Part shown: in pieces, positions 26,382 through 35,242 of the stretch | Position numbering within the stretch: the stretch's first letter is position 1 | Layout of the letters: every line of letters begins with the position of its first letter | From: Candidatus Kerfeldbacteria bacterium | GTDB taxonomy: Bacteria > Patescibacteriota > Patescibacteriia > SBBC01 | Assembly: GCA_016204585.1 (NCBI GenBank) | Contig: JACQKH010000045.1 | Location: 1-39,659, forward strand | Direction: 5' to 3' | Length of the DNA: 39,659 nucleotides | Translations under genes and position numbers: made by a program | The notes under the pieces: model-generated | What the model was told of the DNA's origin: nothing | Databases searched by the model: none | The model's input: only the letters and a program-made list of their open reading frames with translations

Positions 26382-27587
26382 ATGCCAGACATTAACTTGC
26401 TAGAAGAAAAAGAAGAAGCCGACGAAAAATCGGCCGCCAAGCCGAAGATTCCGCCGGCGCGGATTGAATACTCCAGCCCGGAATCAAAGGCCGAACACGG
26501 GCGACTACTAAAGAAGCCGTCTACTTTTAGTCTTTGGTTCCGTTCGCTGTTTCGCCGTCCGGGCGCTCAACATCCGCGGCCAACTCCGCCGGTGACCGGT
26601 GAAAAATCTGCTCCTCGCCGTCCTTCTCCGGATACGACCAAATCCAACATCGCCGAGCCGGAGGATATTTTTGCCGACCTGCCGAGTTACGGCGGCGGGC
26701 CAGTCAAGAAACCAGCTGGGCCGTCACCCCAACCGCCGGCGCCTTCCGGTCCGAAGCCAGGAGACTTTCCACCGCTGCCGAGGATGTCTGAATGGACGCC
26801 GACGACCGGGCAATCACCGCGGAAACCGCCGGCAACTCCGAGACCCCCCCGCCCCCAAACTCTTGGCGAATCATCTCCTTCATCATCGCCGTTATCTCCG
26901 CTGATCTCCCAAATTAAGCGGAAGCCTGCCCGCCAAGCGTTGCGTCAACGAGCGCCGGTTGCCGAGGAAGATGCCGGCGTCAACCTGTTGCCGGAAGAAC
27001 TGGTGGTCGATTTCGAGCCACGGAAAAAACTCACCACCCTCGGCTTGGTGGCGCTGGCGGCCGCCTTGGTCGTCGGCGTGATTGACGTCTCGCTTCTTCT
27101 CTGGAAGGAAACTCAGGTCAAGAAGACGAGGGAGAAGGAGGGTGAGGTGGCGCAGACGGTGCAAAGGATTAAGGCGCTCGAGACAGAGCAACGACGGGCG
27201 ATCGCCCTCCGCTCGTCCACGCGGACGATCCGCGCTCTTCTAAATACGCACATTTACTGGACCGAGTTTCTCAAGAAATTTGAAAAATATACCCTACCGA
27301 CCGTCATCTACCCGGGTGGAATAACGACCACCTTCCGCGCCGGAATTACACTGACGGGGAGAGCGCCCGACATCGCCACCATCACCAAGCAGCTGGCGGT
27401 CTACCAGCAAGCGACTGACTTCATTAAGACTGCCAAAGTCGAGAACATCATCCGCAACCATGAGAAGGGGAGCGAGGGAACCTACAACTTCATCGTCGAT
27501 CTTACTTTCGTCGACGAGGTCTACAACAATCCGGTTGATGCCCTAACGGCCCCGACCGAAATCCAAAAGTCACAACCAAAACCATGA
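26382..27587 (+). CDS. pilN: PilN-like protein with long Pro-rich N-terminal extension
   Basis: VNLLP motif, TM helix, coiled coil, W...L..L...TLP.V, ITLTG.A; located after pilM. Confidence 0.75.
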   Translation: MPDINLLEEKEEADEKSAAKPKIPPARIEYSSPESKAEHGRLLKKPSTFSLWFRSLFRRPGAQHPRPTPPVTGEKSAPRRPSPDTTKSNIAEPEDIFADLPSYGGGPVKKPAGPSPQPPAPSGPKPGDFPPLPRMSEWTPTTGQSPRKPPATPRPPRPQTLGESSPSSSPLSPLISQIKRKPARQALRQRAPVAEEDAGVNLLPEELVVDFEPRKKLTTLGLVALAAALVVGVIDVSLLLWKETQVKKTREKEGEVAQTVQRIKALETEQRRAIALRSSTRTIRALLNTHIYWTEFLKKFEKYTLPTVIYPGGITTTFRAGITLTGRAPDIATITKQLAVYQQATDFIKTAKVENIIRNHEKGSEGTYNFIVDLTFVDEVYNNPVDALTAPTEIQKSQPKP

Positions 27588-28288
27588 AACTTCCGCCGAT
27601 AGCTCGCAAACTAATAACGCGGCTGATGACCTCTTACTTCCGCTATTTGGTCTGGTCAGTGGTCGGGGTGGTGTTGCTGCTAGGATTGTTAATGGTTATT
27701 AAACCACAGTTTGAGAACGTTCGTTTGGTCGGTGTCCTGGCCCTCGAGGAAAAAAAACAGCAACTCAAGGATCGGACTACCTACTACGACAAGGTCAAAG
27801 CAATGGTCGAGAAGTACCGATCGCTGTCTGGCGAAGAGACCGAAAAAATTTCGCGAATCCTTCCATCGCGACCGGAGGTTTCCGATCTTTTCCATTCCCT
27901 CGAGTCACTGGCGACTGCTTCTGGCATGACGCTCGAATCGGTGGCGGTCACGAAGGGCTCGAGCGCGGCGACGGCCGCCCAACCGAGCGGCGCCGCATCG
28001 GCCCGCCGGGAGGCGACGGCCGGAGCGCAAAACAGAACCGCCTCGTCCGATACCGTACAATTTCTGGATGTTAATTTGAGCGTCAGCGGACCGACTGATT
28101 ACGCCACGTACAAGCGATTACTGCAGAACATTGAGAAAAGTCAGCGCTTGTTTGACGTCGGCAGCATCGCCTACAAGCCCTCCGAGACGAAGGTCCAGTT
28201 AGCCGGCGAGGAATCGGCTACCGGCAATACCATCACCATCACCTTTAAAACATACTATCTCGAGCCAGCCGGATCTTCGCCTTCCTAA
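27584..28288 (+). CDS. pilO: Type IV pilus assembly protein PilO
   Basis: TM helix, coiled coil, ILP..P....L...L..LA..SGM.L, V.G..Y......L..IEK..RL.DV, TYY. Confidence 0.8.
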   Translation: MKLPPIARKLITRLMTSYFRYLVWSVVGVVLLLGLLMVIKPQFENVRLVGVLALEEKKQQLKDRTTYYDKVKAMVEKYRSLSGEETEKISRILPSRPEVSDLFHSLESLATASGMTLESVAVTKGSSAATAAQPSGAASARREATAGAQNRTASSDTVQFLDVNLSVSGPTDYATYKRLLQNIEKSQRLFDVGSIAYKPSETKVQLAGEESATGNTITITFKTYYLEPAGSSPS

Positions 28289-28293
28289 CAATT

Positions 28294-28608
28294 ATGGCCC
28301 TCGCCCAAAAAAGAAATACCCGACAGTCGACATTGCTCTTGATTGTGCTGGCCGCCATCATTATCGCCGGCATCATCGTCTATTACTCGCTCCGGCCGAA
28401 GACGACGACCACTGGCCCCGGCCGATCAGGTGGCAGCGCCAACGACCTCGAAACGTTTACTGATTTCGGGGAAGATCTTTTTACCGAGGACCAATTTAAG
28501 TCACTGCGTAATTTTTCTAACACCAATATATCTACCCCGCCGTCACCGCCAATTGTCGCACCGCCGGGCGATTCGACCGGGAACCCTGATCCGTTTCGTC
28601 TGCAGTAA
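28294..28608 (+). CDS. Small single-TM pilus-locus protein (PilP position)
   Basis: TM helix, F..L..F and C-terminal GNPDPF; located between pilO and pilB. Confidence 0.65.
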   Translation: MALAQKRNTRQSTLLLIVLAAIIIAGIIVYYSLRPKTTTTGPGRSGGSANDLETFTDFGEDLFTEDQFKSLRNFSNTNISTPPSPPIVAPPGDSTGNPDPFRLQ

Positions 28609-28612
28609 ATCT

Positions 28613-30379
28613 ATGCCGCCGACCGTTGCCACATCGTCCATTGGACCAGAGACGACACTCGTCGATCTGCTGCTTAAGGATGGCCTACTCACTGAGGATC
28701 AAGTGGATTCCCTTCTGCAGGAGAGTCAACGAACGCAGCAGCCGGTCAACGAATTGCTCGAGACTAGAAACCTTGTTCGTGAGGAAGACCTCGTCCGTGA
28801 AAAGAGTAAACTCTATAACATCCCATACATCGATCTGTTCGGCCGGGTTGTTCGGGCAGAAATCCTGAACGTGGTATCAAAAGAACTGGCGGAGAATTAC
28901 CATATGGTGGCGTTCAACAAGAGTGAGAACGAGCTGTCGGTGGCGATGGTTGATCCGTCGAACTTCCGAGCGCTCGAGGCGATCGAGTTCATCGCGCGGA
29001 AGAACCACTTCCGCATCAAGTACTACCTGACGTCGCAGTCGAGCCTGAAGTACATCATCCGCCAGTACGAGAGCCTGTCCGCGGAGGTGGAAGAAGCCCT
29101 TAAGGGCGCGGAGCAGGAGTCCGAGCTCCAGAAGTCAATGTTAAAAGTTGAGGAGAAGGGGCTGGAAGAAGTCGTTAAAACCGCGCCGGTCTCGAAGATG
29201 GTTTCCGTTATCCTCCGCCACGCCGTCGAAGGCAAAGCCTCGGACGTTCACATCGAACCGGTCGGCGACGAGACGCGAGTCCGCTTTCGGATCGATGGCA
29301 TCCTTCACACTTCGCTGGTATTACCCCGCAACGTCCATCAAGCCATCGTCGCCCGGGTTAAAGTTTTATCAAATCTAAAGATCGATGAAACGCGCATTCC
29401 GCAAGACGGCCGTTTCCGGATGGTCATCGAGGGTCACGACATTGACTATCGAATCTCGACTCTGCCGCTGGTGAACAACGAGAAAGTGGTGATGCGAATT
29501 CTCGACACCTCGGAGAACTTGACCAATCTTGACGTCCTGGGTTTTGACGGCAAGACGATGCAAGCCATGAAAGAAAATGTCAAAAAGTCGCACGGCATGT
29601 TCCTGAGCACTGGGCCGACCGGCTCCGGCAAGTCAACGACGCTCTACGCCCTGCTGGACATCCTGAACGAGGAGTCGGTCAACATCGTGACGCTGGAAGA
29701 TCCGGTCGAGTACTTCATGCGGGGTATCAATCAATCGCAAGTTAATCCGGAGGTCGGGTTGACCTTCGCGGCCGGACTTCGGTCAATCCTGCGGCAGGAC
29801 CCCGACATCGTCATGGTCGGTGAGATTCGCGATAACGAAACGGCCGAGCTGGCCGTCCACGCCGCCCTGACTGGCCATATCGTCTTCTCCACCCTCCACA
29901 CCAACGACGCTTTCGGCGCCATCCCCCGTCTGATCGACATGAAGATTGAGCCGTTTCTCATCGCCTCGTCATTGAACGTGGTGATGGCTCAGCGGTTGGT
30001 GCGTCGCGTCTGTCACCACTGCATCAAGGAGGCCAAGATACCGGAATTGCTAGAGAAGGAGGTTTGGCAAGAGATTACCAATGTCGGCGAGAAGAACGTG
30101 CCGCCAGGAATCAAGCTGACAAAACCCCTCCGGTTCTTCCAGGGCCAGGGATGCGTTCGCTGCGAGAACTCCGGCTACAAAGGACGGATCGCCATCGCCG
30201 AAGTGCTGACCGTGACCCCGGAGGTGAAGCGAATTATCGTCAGCGGCGGAAATATAGTCGATAACCTGCGCGAGGAGTTCAAGCATCAAGGGATGTTCTC
30301 GATGCGACAAGACGGAATTTTCAAGGCGTTACGCGGATTTACCACGGTCGAGGAAGTCTGGGATGCGACTAGATCGTGA
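28613..30379 (+). CDS. pilB: Type IV pilus extension ATPase PilB/GspE
   Basis: ASDVHIEP, GPTGSGKSTT, TLEDPVE, LRQDPDIVMVGEIRD, STLHTN, tetra-Cys motif. ATG at 28613. Confidence 0.95.
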   Translation: MPPTVATSSIGPETTLVDLLLKDGLLTEDQVDSLLQESQRTQQPVNELLETRNLVREEDLVREKSKLYNIPYIDLFGRVVRAEILNVVSKELAENYHMVAFNKSENELSVAMVDPSNFRALEAIEFIARKNHFRIKYYLTSQSSLKYIIRQYESLSAEVEEALKGAEQESELQKSMLKVEEKGLEEVVKTAPVSKMVSVILRHAVEGKASDVHIEPVGDETRVRFRIDGILHTSLVLPRNVHQAIVARVKVLSNLKIDETRIPQDGRFRMVIEGHDIDYRISTLPLVNNEKVVMRILDTSENLTNLDVLGFDGKTMQAMKENVKKSHGMFLSTGPTGSGKSTTLYALLDILNEESVNIVTLEDPVEYFMRGINQSQVNPEVGLTFAAGLRSILRQDPDIVMVGEIRDNETAELAVHAALTGHIVFSTLHTNDAFGAIPRLIDMKIEPFLIASSLNVVMAQRLVRRVCHHCIKEAKIPELLEKEVWQEITNVGEKNVPPGIKLTKPLRFFQGQGCVRCENSGYKGRIAIAEVLTVTPEVKRIIVSGGNIVDNLREEFKHQGMFSMRQDGIFKALRGFTTVEEVWDATRS

Positions 30380-30381
30380 AG

Positions 30382-30460
30382 TAGCTTATAGCTTGCTAGC
30401 TTCATTAGCTTGTTGGGAGGTTGCCAAAAAAGCTAAAAAGCTAGGAAGCTAACAGCTAAC
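30382..30460. repeat. 7-9-nt periodic inverted repeat (TAGC/GCTA family)
   Basis: TAGCTTA-TAGCTTGC-TAGCTTCAT-TAGCTTGT ... AAGCTAAA-AAGCTAGG-AAGCTAAC-AGCTAAC after the pilB stop. Confidence 0.8.
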
Positions 30461-30470
30461 ATTAACATCT

Positions 30471-30872
30471 ATGCCGAAAAAAACAACTCATGATGCGTCG
30501 GGAAAACCAAGAATCCTGGTAGTCGAGGATGATTCTTTCCTGGCCGGGATGTACGTCACAAAACTCGGACTCGAGGGATTCAGTGTTGACCTAGCAAGCG
30601 ACGGCCGGGAGGGTCTGAAGAAGGCCAAGGACGGAAAACCGGATCTGGTCCTCCTCGACATCGTCCTGCCGGTGATGGACGGTTTCACTATGCTCGAGCA
30701 CATGAAGTCCGATCCTGAATTGCGCAGCATCCCGGTGGTCCTCCTGACAAACCTCGGCCAGAAGTCTGACGTGGAGAAGGGATTAAACTTAGGCGCGGCT
30801 GACTACCTCATCAAGGCGCACTTCATGCCGAACGAGGTGATCGAGAAGATCAAGAGAATCCTGAACGGCTAA
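30471..30872 (+). CDS. Single-domain response regulator (REC)
   Basis: ILVVEDD, PDLVLLDIVLP.MDG, LLTN, GAADYLIK. Confidence 0.92.
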   Translation: MPKKTTHDASGKPRILVVEDDSFLAGMYVTKLGLEGFSVDLASDGREGLKKAKDGKPDLVLLDIVLPVMDGFTMLEHMKSDPELRSIPVVLLTNLGQKSDVEKGLNLGAADYLIKAHFMPNEVIEKIKRILNG

Positions 30873-30876
30873 TCGC

Positions 30877-31950
30877 GTGTCGACCAGCGAATCCATCATC
30901 ATCCAGCGGATCCTGACGACGGCCGCCGAGTATCGGGCCAGCGACCTGCACCTGACCACCGGTAATCCGCCCATTCTCCGCGTTGACGGGAAGTTGGTCA
31001 TCCTCGAGCAGGAGCAAATGGTGACCCCGGACTTCATGGACGTCGTGAAAGAGATGTTCCTGACACCCGAGCAACAGGCGGTCCTCAAACAAGATCGCGA
31101 GATCACCGTCGCCTACACCCTGGAAAACCGCATCCGATTCAAGGTTTCGATGTTTTTCCAGCGCGGTTACTTGGCCGCCAGTTTGCGTTTGATATCGAAC
31201 GAAATTAAACCCCTCCGCGAACTAGGACTGCCGCCGATCGTCCAGGAATTTACCAAGCTGACCAAAGGCCTGCTCCTAATCACCGGGCCTTTTGGCTCGG
31301 GTCGCACGGCCACGGTCGCGGCCGTCGTCAATGAAATCAACAAAACCAGGTCAGCTCACGTCATCACTATCGAAAAACCGATCGAACACGTCTATGTGAA
31401 CGATCGGAGTTTCATCGAGCAGCGCGAGGTCGGTCGAGACACCAAGTCGTTTGAGCAGGCGCTGGAGACCGCCATCCGCGAGGATGTGGACGTGATTGTG
31501 GTGTCAGAAATGGTTGAGCCGCCGGTCATCCAAGCGGTCCTGACCGCGGCCGAGTCTTCACGATTGGTGATTTCCACGATGAATACCGATTCGGTGATGA
31601 AAACAGTTGAAAGCATCATTAACAGCGCGCCAGCCGACCTCGAGGTAAAGACCCGGCAACAGCTGGCCGGGACGCTCCAGGGCATTGTCAGCCAGCGTCT
31701 ATTGCCGCGGGTCGGCGGCGGTCGGATTCTGGTGGCCGAGGTGATGGCGCCGTCTCCGCCGATCCGGGCGGTCATCCGCGACGGGGCGCTCTTCCAGCTG
31801 CAGAATATTCTCCAAACGAGCCGAGAGAGCGGGACTATTTCCCTTGATCGTTCCCTGGCCGAGCTCGTTAAGACCGGCGAAATCTTAGTGGACGATGCGC
31901 TCGTTTACGCCGTTGATCCCAATAATCTTAAGATGTGGACGCGATCCTAA
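30877..31950 (+). CDS. pilT: PilT/PilU-family retraction ATPase homologue with degenerate catalytic motifs
   Basis: ASDLHL..G.PP.LRVDG, QREVG.DT.SF, SQRLLP; but GPFGSGRT, TIEKPIE, VIVVSEM and STMNT. Confidence 0.85.
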   Translation: MSTSESIIIQRILTTAAEYRASDLHLTTGNPPILRVDGKLVILEQEQMVTPDFMDVVKEMFLTPEQQAVLKQDREITVAYTLENRIRFKVSMFFQRGYLAASLRLISNEIKPLRELGLPPIVQEFTKLTKGLLLITGPFGSGRTATVAAVVNEINKTRSAHVITIEKPIEHVYVNDRSFIEQREVGRDTKSFEQALETAIREDVDVIVVSEMVEPPVIQAVLTAAESSRLVISTMNTDSVMKTVESIINSAPADLEVKTRQQLAGTLQGIVSQRLLPRVGGGRILVAEVMAPSPPIRAVIRDGALFQLQNILQTSRESGTISLDRSLAELVKTGEILVDDALVYAVDPNNLKMWTRS

Positions 31951-31951
31951 G

Positions 31952-32024
31952 AAGCTTATAGCTTCATTAGCTTCGTTAGCTTGTTAGGGCGTTCTAAAAA
32001 GCTAATGAAGCTAGCGAAGCTAAC
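31952..32024. repeat. 7-9-nt periodic inverted repeat (TAGC/GCTA family)
   Basis: AGCTTAT-AGCTTCATT-AGCTTCGTT-AGCTTGTTAG ... CTAAAAAG-CTAATGAAG-CTAGCGAAG-CTAAC between pilT and pilC. Confidence 0.8.
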
Positions 32025-32035
32025 TATCTGCTCCA

Positions 32036-33247
32036 ATGGCCATTTTCGACTACAAGGCGAAGGATTTGAGCGGTCAGTCAATCAGCGGCGCGGTCGAAGC
32101 GCCGAGCGAAGCGGTGGCCCTCGACGTGCTGAAAGAAAAGGAGCTATTTGTTCTGTCCCTCAAGGAACGAAAGCGCATCACCCTCTTTCAATCCTCACTT
32201 GGCTTCCTCCAGCGCGTTCCGCGCAAGGACGTGGTGCTGTTTGCGCGGCAGCTGGCCGTGATGATCTCGGCCACGGTGCCGATCGTCCAAGCCCTCCGCA
32301 TCCTGGTCAGGCAGACCGAAAACGTCAACTTCAAGATTATTATTTCCGAGATCGCCGACGAGGTGGACGGCGGAGCGAAGCTGTCCGCCACGTTGGCCCG
32401 CTACCCGAGCGTTTTTTCTCAGTTCTTCGTGCACATGATCCGCTCCGGCGAAACGACCGGCAAACTGGACGAGACGTTGAACTACTTGGCCGATCAGCAG
32501 GAGAAGGATTACGACCTGATTTCGAAAATTCGCGGGGCCATGATCTACCCGGCCTTCGTGCTCGGCGGCATTCTGGTGGTCGGCGCGGCCATGATGATTT
32601 TCGTCATTCCCAACCTGACCAACATTCTGCAGGAAGGCGGCGGCGAGCTGCCGGCCAGCACTAAAGCGGTCATCGCCACCTCGAATTTTTTCAAGCATCA
32701 GTGGTGGGTTCTCCTGATCGTCCTGGTGACTATTCCGGTCCTCCTCCGATTCGCCATAAAAACTGAGGTTGGCCGTCATCAGTTCGATCGCCTGAAGTTC
32801 CGGATGCCGATCTTTGGGCAGATTTTCCAGAAGATTTATCTGGTCCGGTTTTCGCGCTCGCTCTCGACGCTGGTGGTTTCCGGCATTCCGGTGACGCGCG
32901 GCTTGGAAATCGTGGCTGACGTCGTGGGCAACACCGTCTATCACGACCTGACCCGGGAATCAATAACCGAGATCGAGGCCGGCAACTCGATTGCCACCGC
33001 CTTCGTTAAATCCAAGGACATCCCGCCGATGCTGCCGCAAATGATGGTGGTCGGCGAGCAGACCGGAAAGCTCGACCTTATCCTCGACAAACTGGCGAAC
33101 TTCTACGCCAAAGAGCTGGAAAACATGATTGCCAACCTGACCAGCCTGATCGAGCCGTTGATCCTGGTGATCATGGGCGTCGGTGTGGCCGTGATGGTTA
33201 TGGCCATCTTATTGCCGATGTACAACCTGTCGCAGGCGATAACGTAG
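32036..33247 (+). CDS. pilC: Type IV pilus platform protein PilC (GspF family)
   Basis: FARQLAVMI, GETTGKLD, AMIYP, GEQTGKLD, LIEP, ILLPMY. Confidence 0.95.
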   Translation: MAIFDYKAKDLSGQSISGAVEAPSEAVALDVLKEKELFVLSLKERKRITLFQSSLGFLQRVPRKDVVLFARQLAVMISATVPIVQALRILVRQTENVNFKIIISEIADEVDGGAKLSATLARYPSVFSQFFVHMIRSGETTGKLDETLNYLADQQEKDYDLISKIRGAMIYPAFVLGGILVVGAAMMIFVIPNLTNILQEGGGELPASTKAVIATSNFFKHQWWVLLIVLVTIPVLLRFAIKTEVGRHQFDRLKFRMPIFGQIFQKIYLVRFSRSLSTLVVSGIPVTRGLEIVADVVGNTVYHDLTRESITEIEAGNSIATAFVKSKDIPPMLPQMMVVGEQTGKLDLILDKLANFYAKELENMIANLTSLIEPLILVIMGVGVAVMVMAILLPMYNLSQAIT

Positions 33248-33255
33248 GTAGGCAG

Positions 33256-33281
33256 TTAGGTATTAGGTTTTAGGTGTTAGG
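33256..33281 (+). repeat. Solo heptamer arm (TAGG family)
   Basis: TTAGGTA-TTAGGTT-TTAGGTG-TTAGG just after the pilC stop. Confidence 0.75.
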
Positions 33282-33303
33282 GGGTTGTGAGGGAGTGGAT
33301 GAG

Positions 33304-33380
33304 TAGGTAGGCGGCATCCGCTAACTCCCCTCCACATCAGTGGAGGGGTGGCGACGCCCGTGGCGGAGCCGGGGTGGGTT
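33304..33380 (+). repeat. REP-like double-hairpin element, copy 1
   Basis: TAGGTAGGCGGC...CTAACTCCCCTCC-N8-GGAGGGG...GGGGTGG; related to copies at 34160-34220 (inverted) and 34218-34295 (direct). Confidence 0.7.
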
Positions 33381-33407
33381 GCGAAACCTCGAAAATCGTG
33401 CTATACT
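33379..33407 (+). promoter_or_regulatory. pilA promoter
   Basis: TTGCGA, N17, TATACT with a TG extended -10; SD-like AAGGGGGTGA before the ATG. Confidence 0.7.
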
Positions 33408-33577
33408 ACACTAAGATTCAGCCTGTGGACAATTCTCACGGCTGTAAAAAACTCGTTCGTTCTTGATACTTAAGCCATTCCGAGTAAAAGCTTGTCTTCG
33501 TTCAAGAGATTCAGCAGGCCTGCATCCGTTGAACGAAACGATTCTCGGAAAAAACCGAAAGGGGGTGACGAAACAAC

Positions 33578-34096
33578 ATGAATAATGCAAAGAAAGGGTT
33601 TACGCTCATCGAGCTCTTGGTGGTCATCGCGATCATCGGCATTTTGTCAACCATCGGTCTCGTCGCCCTGAACGGGGCGCGGGCTAAGGCCCGGGACGCG
33701 CGGCGCACCGCTGACATGCGATCCTACGCTTTGGCTTATACCAGTTATGCGGATACGGCGACGTCATTCGATACTGGCGTTGGTTGTGCACCTGAAACTA
33801 ACATCAGTGCTTGTGGAGCATTGCAAACGGCCGCCTCCTCCACGTCTTTACCAAATGATCCGACTACAGGAGCGGCAGCCGCCACAAACTCTAATGCAGC
33901 TTGTGTTGCTGCTGATAAAAATAATCCAGCTTGTAATGCCCTCGCTAACTGGGCAAGGACTGGTGGGGCGTATGCAAACTACACACTTGCATTCGAAGAT
34001 GTTAACGCGTTCTCTATCCTTCTGGAACTAGAAACGGCCGGTACCTGGGGAGCTGCGGGGTTGCATTTGTACCAGCAATCCGGCACCTTCCTGTAA
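33578..34096 (+). CDS. pilA: Major type IV pilin (prepilin)
   Basis: KKG|[28 protein letters not shown]; own promoter, SD and terminator. Confidence 0.9.
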   Translation: MNNAKKGFTLIELLVVIAIIGILSTIGLVALNGARAKARDARRTADMRSYALAYTSYADTATSFDTGVGCAPETNISACGALQTAASSTSLPNDPTTGAAAATNSNAACVAADKNNPACNALANWARTGGAYANYTLAFEDVNAFSILLELETAGTWGAAGLHLYQQSGTFL

Positions 34097-34112
34097 TTCG
34101 CGCTTGGTATTT

Positions 34113-34149
34113 GGAAACAAAAAAGGGCTCTGGCCCTTTTTTGTTTTCC
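34113..34149 (+). terminator. Intrinsic terminator (potentially bidirectional)
   Basis: ACAAAAAAGGGC-TCTG-GCCCTTTTTTGT after pilA. Confidence 0.85.
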
Positions 34150-34159
34150 TTTGATGTTG

Positions 34160-34295
34160 AACCACCCCCACCGCGACCTACGTCGCGGTGACCCCTCCAT
34201 GAGATGGAGGGGAGAGTTAGGTAGGCGGCTACCGCCACTTCTCCTCCTTGCAAAGGAGGAGTACCCGTCGCGTTACACGCGACGGGGGAGGTGGT
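34160..34295. repeat. Two oppositely oriented REP-like double-hairpin elements
   Basis: CACCGCGAC-CTAC-GTCGCGGTG with CCCCTCCAT-GAG-ATGGAGGGG; CTCCTCCTT-GCA-AAGGAGGAG with CCCGTCGCGT-TAC-ACGCGACGGG. Confidence 0.75.
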
Positions 34296-34387
34296 CAATC
34301 AACGCCGCCCGCCGCTTCCTTGACCTAGGCGACCATTCCAGTTTACACTGCCTACACATTCGGTGGTGACGAAAAAGGACTTAACTT

Positions 34388-34687
34388 ATGTCAACAAAAC
34401 AACGCGGCGCAACCACGACCGACGTCAAAACGCTCGGGTCAAGATTAGAAGCGACGATCAAAAGGAACACGCGCGAGATTGTCGCGCACTTCAACGCCAG
34501 CCAGGGTGAGCAGAACAAATGGATAAAGGGTGAATTCGAAAAGGTTGACCAGCGTTTTGACGAAATACGCGTCGAACTAGAAGCGATTAAAGAAATGTTG
34601 GCCATGAAACAAGAACTGCGTAATCTCGTGCGCGAACTGAAGGCCAAAGGCATCGAGCTCGACGAGTCGCGGATTTTCGCGCGGTAG
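34388..34687 (+). CDS. Small coiled-coil hypothetical protein
   Basis: 99 aa, AAGGA SD, FEKVDQRFDEI heptads; upstream TTGACC-N18-TACACT (34320-34349). Confidence 0.7.
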   Translation: MSTKQRGATTTDVKTLGSRLEATIKRNTREIVAHFNASQGEQNKWIKGEFEKVDQRFDEIRVELEAIKEMLAMKQELRNLVRELKAKGIELDESRIFAR

Positions 34688-34694
34688 ATTAGGC

Positions 34695-34721
34695 AGCTTC
34701 CTAGCTTCATTAGCTTGTTAG
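34695..34721 (+). repeat. Solo periodic arm (TAGC family)
   Basis: AGCTTCCT-AGCTTCATT-AGCTTGTT-AG after the stop codon. Confidence 0.7.
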
Positions 34722-34754
34722 AGGGCGGAGGAGCATTTGTGATATACTGGATTT

Positions 34755-35174
34755 ATGTTTATCCCTGACCGCCGCGGTCTCGGCCTTATCTCCACCCTCC
34801 TGATTCTCACGGTGGTGGCTGCGTTTTTGGCCGGGGTGGGGTTATTGTTGAGCCAGGAGCGGGCGCGGGTGCGGGACGCCCGGCGCATCGCCGACATGGT
34901 GCGGGTGCAGTTTGCCTTTGAAACGTTGTTCCGCGAAAAGGCCAGTTATAGCGAGGCGGCGTCCGGGTGCGGACAGGTTGAAGTTTTGGTTTCAACGTGT
35001 GCGTTGACCACCTACCTGCCGCAGGTTCAGAATTTGAAAGATCCGGGGAGGTACGCCTACCGAGTTGCCAAAGTGCCGGATGAGAGGGATTACGCTATCA
35101 GCTTTGTGCTGGAGCGGGCGTACGAGAGCTTGGCCAAGGGGAAACACGTGTTGAGCAAGGATGGGGTTCGGTAG
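34755..35174 (+). CDS. Pilin-like protein with non-canonical N-terminus
   Basis: RRG|LGLISTLL hydrophobic helix without E5; RARVRDARRIADM, C..C, DP, Y.ISFVLE, paralleling pilA. Confidence 0.75.
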   Translation: MFIPDRRGLGLISTLLILTVVAAFLAGVGLLLSQERARVRDARRIADMVRVQFAFETLFREKASYSEAASGCGQVEVLVSTCALTTYLPQVQNLKDPGRYAYRVAKVPDERDYAISFVLERAYESLAKGKHVLSKDGVR

Positions 35175-35178
35175 GAGC

Positions 35179-35203
35179 TAGGTTTTAGGTATTAGGTTTT
35201 AGG
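35179..35203 (+). repeat. Solo heptamer arm (TAGG family)
   Basis: TAGGTTT-TAGGTAT-TAGGTTT-TAGG after the stop codon. Confidence 0.75.
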
Positions 35204-35242
35204 TTGTTTGAAGCATAGTCCGGCGCGAGAATCCGCAACGGT

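Noticed and set aside
33412-33577. c-di-GMP riboswitch upstream of pilA
   Set aside because: Consensus elements of class I/II aptamers were not recognisable; kept only as an unassigned structured leader.
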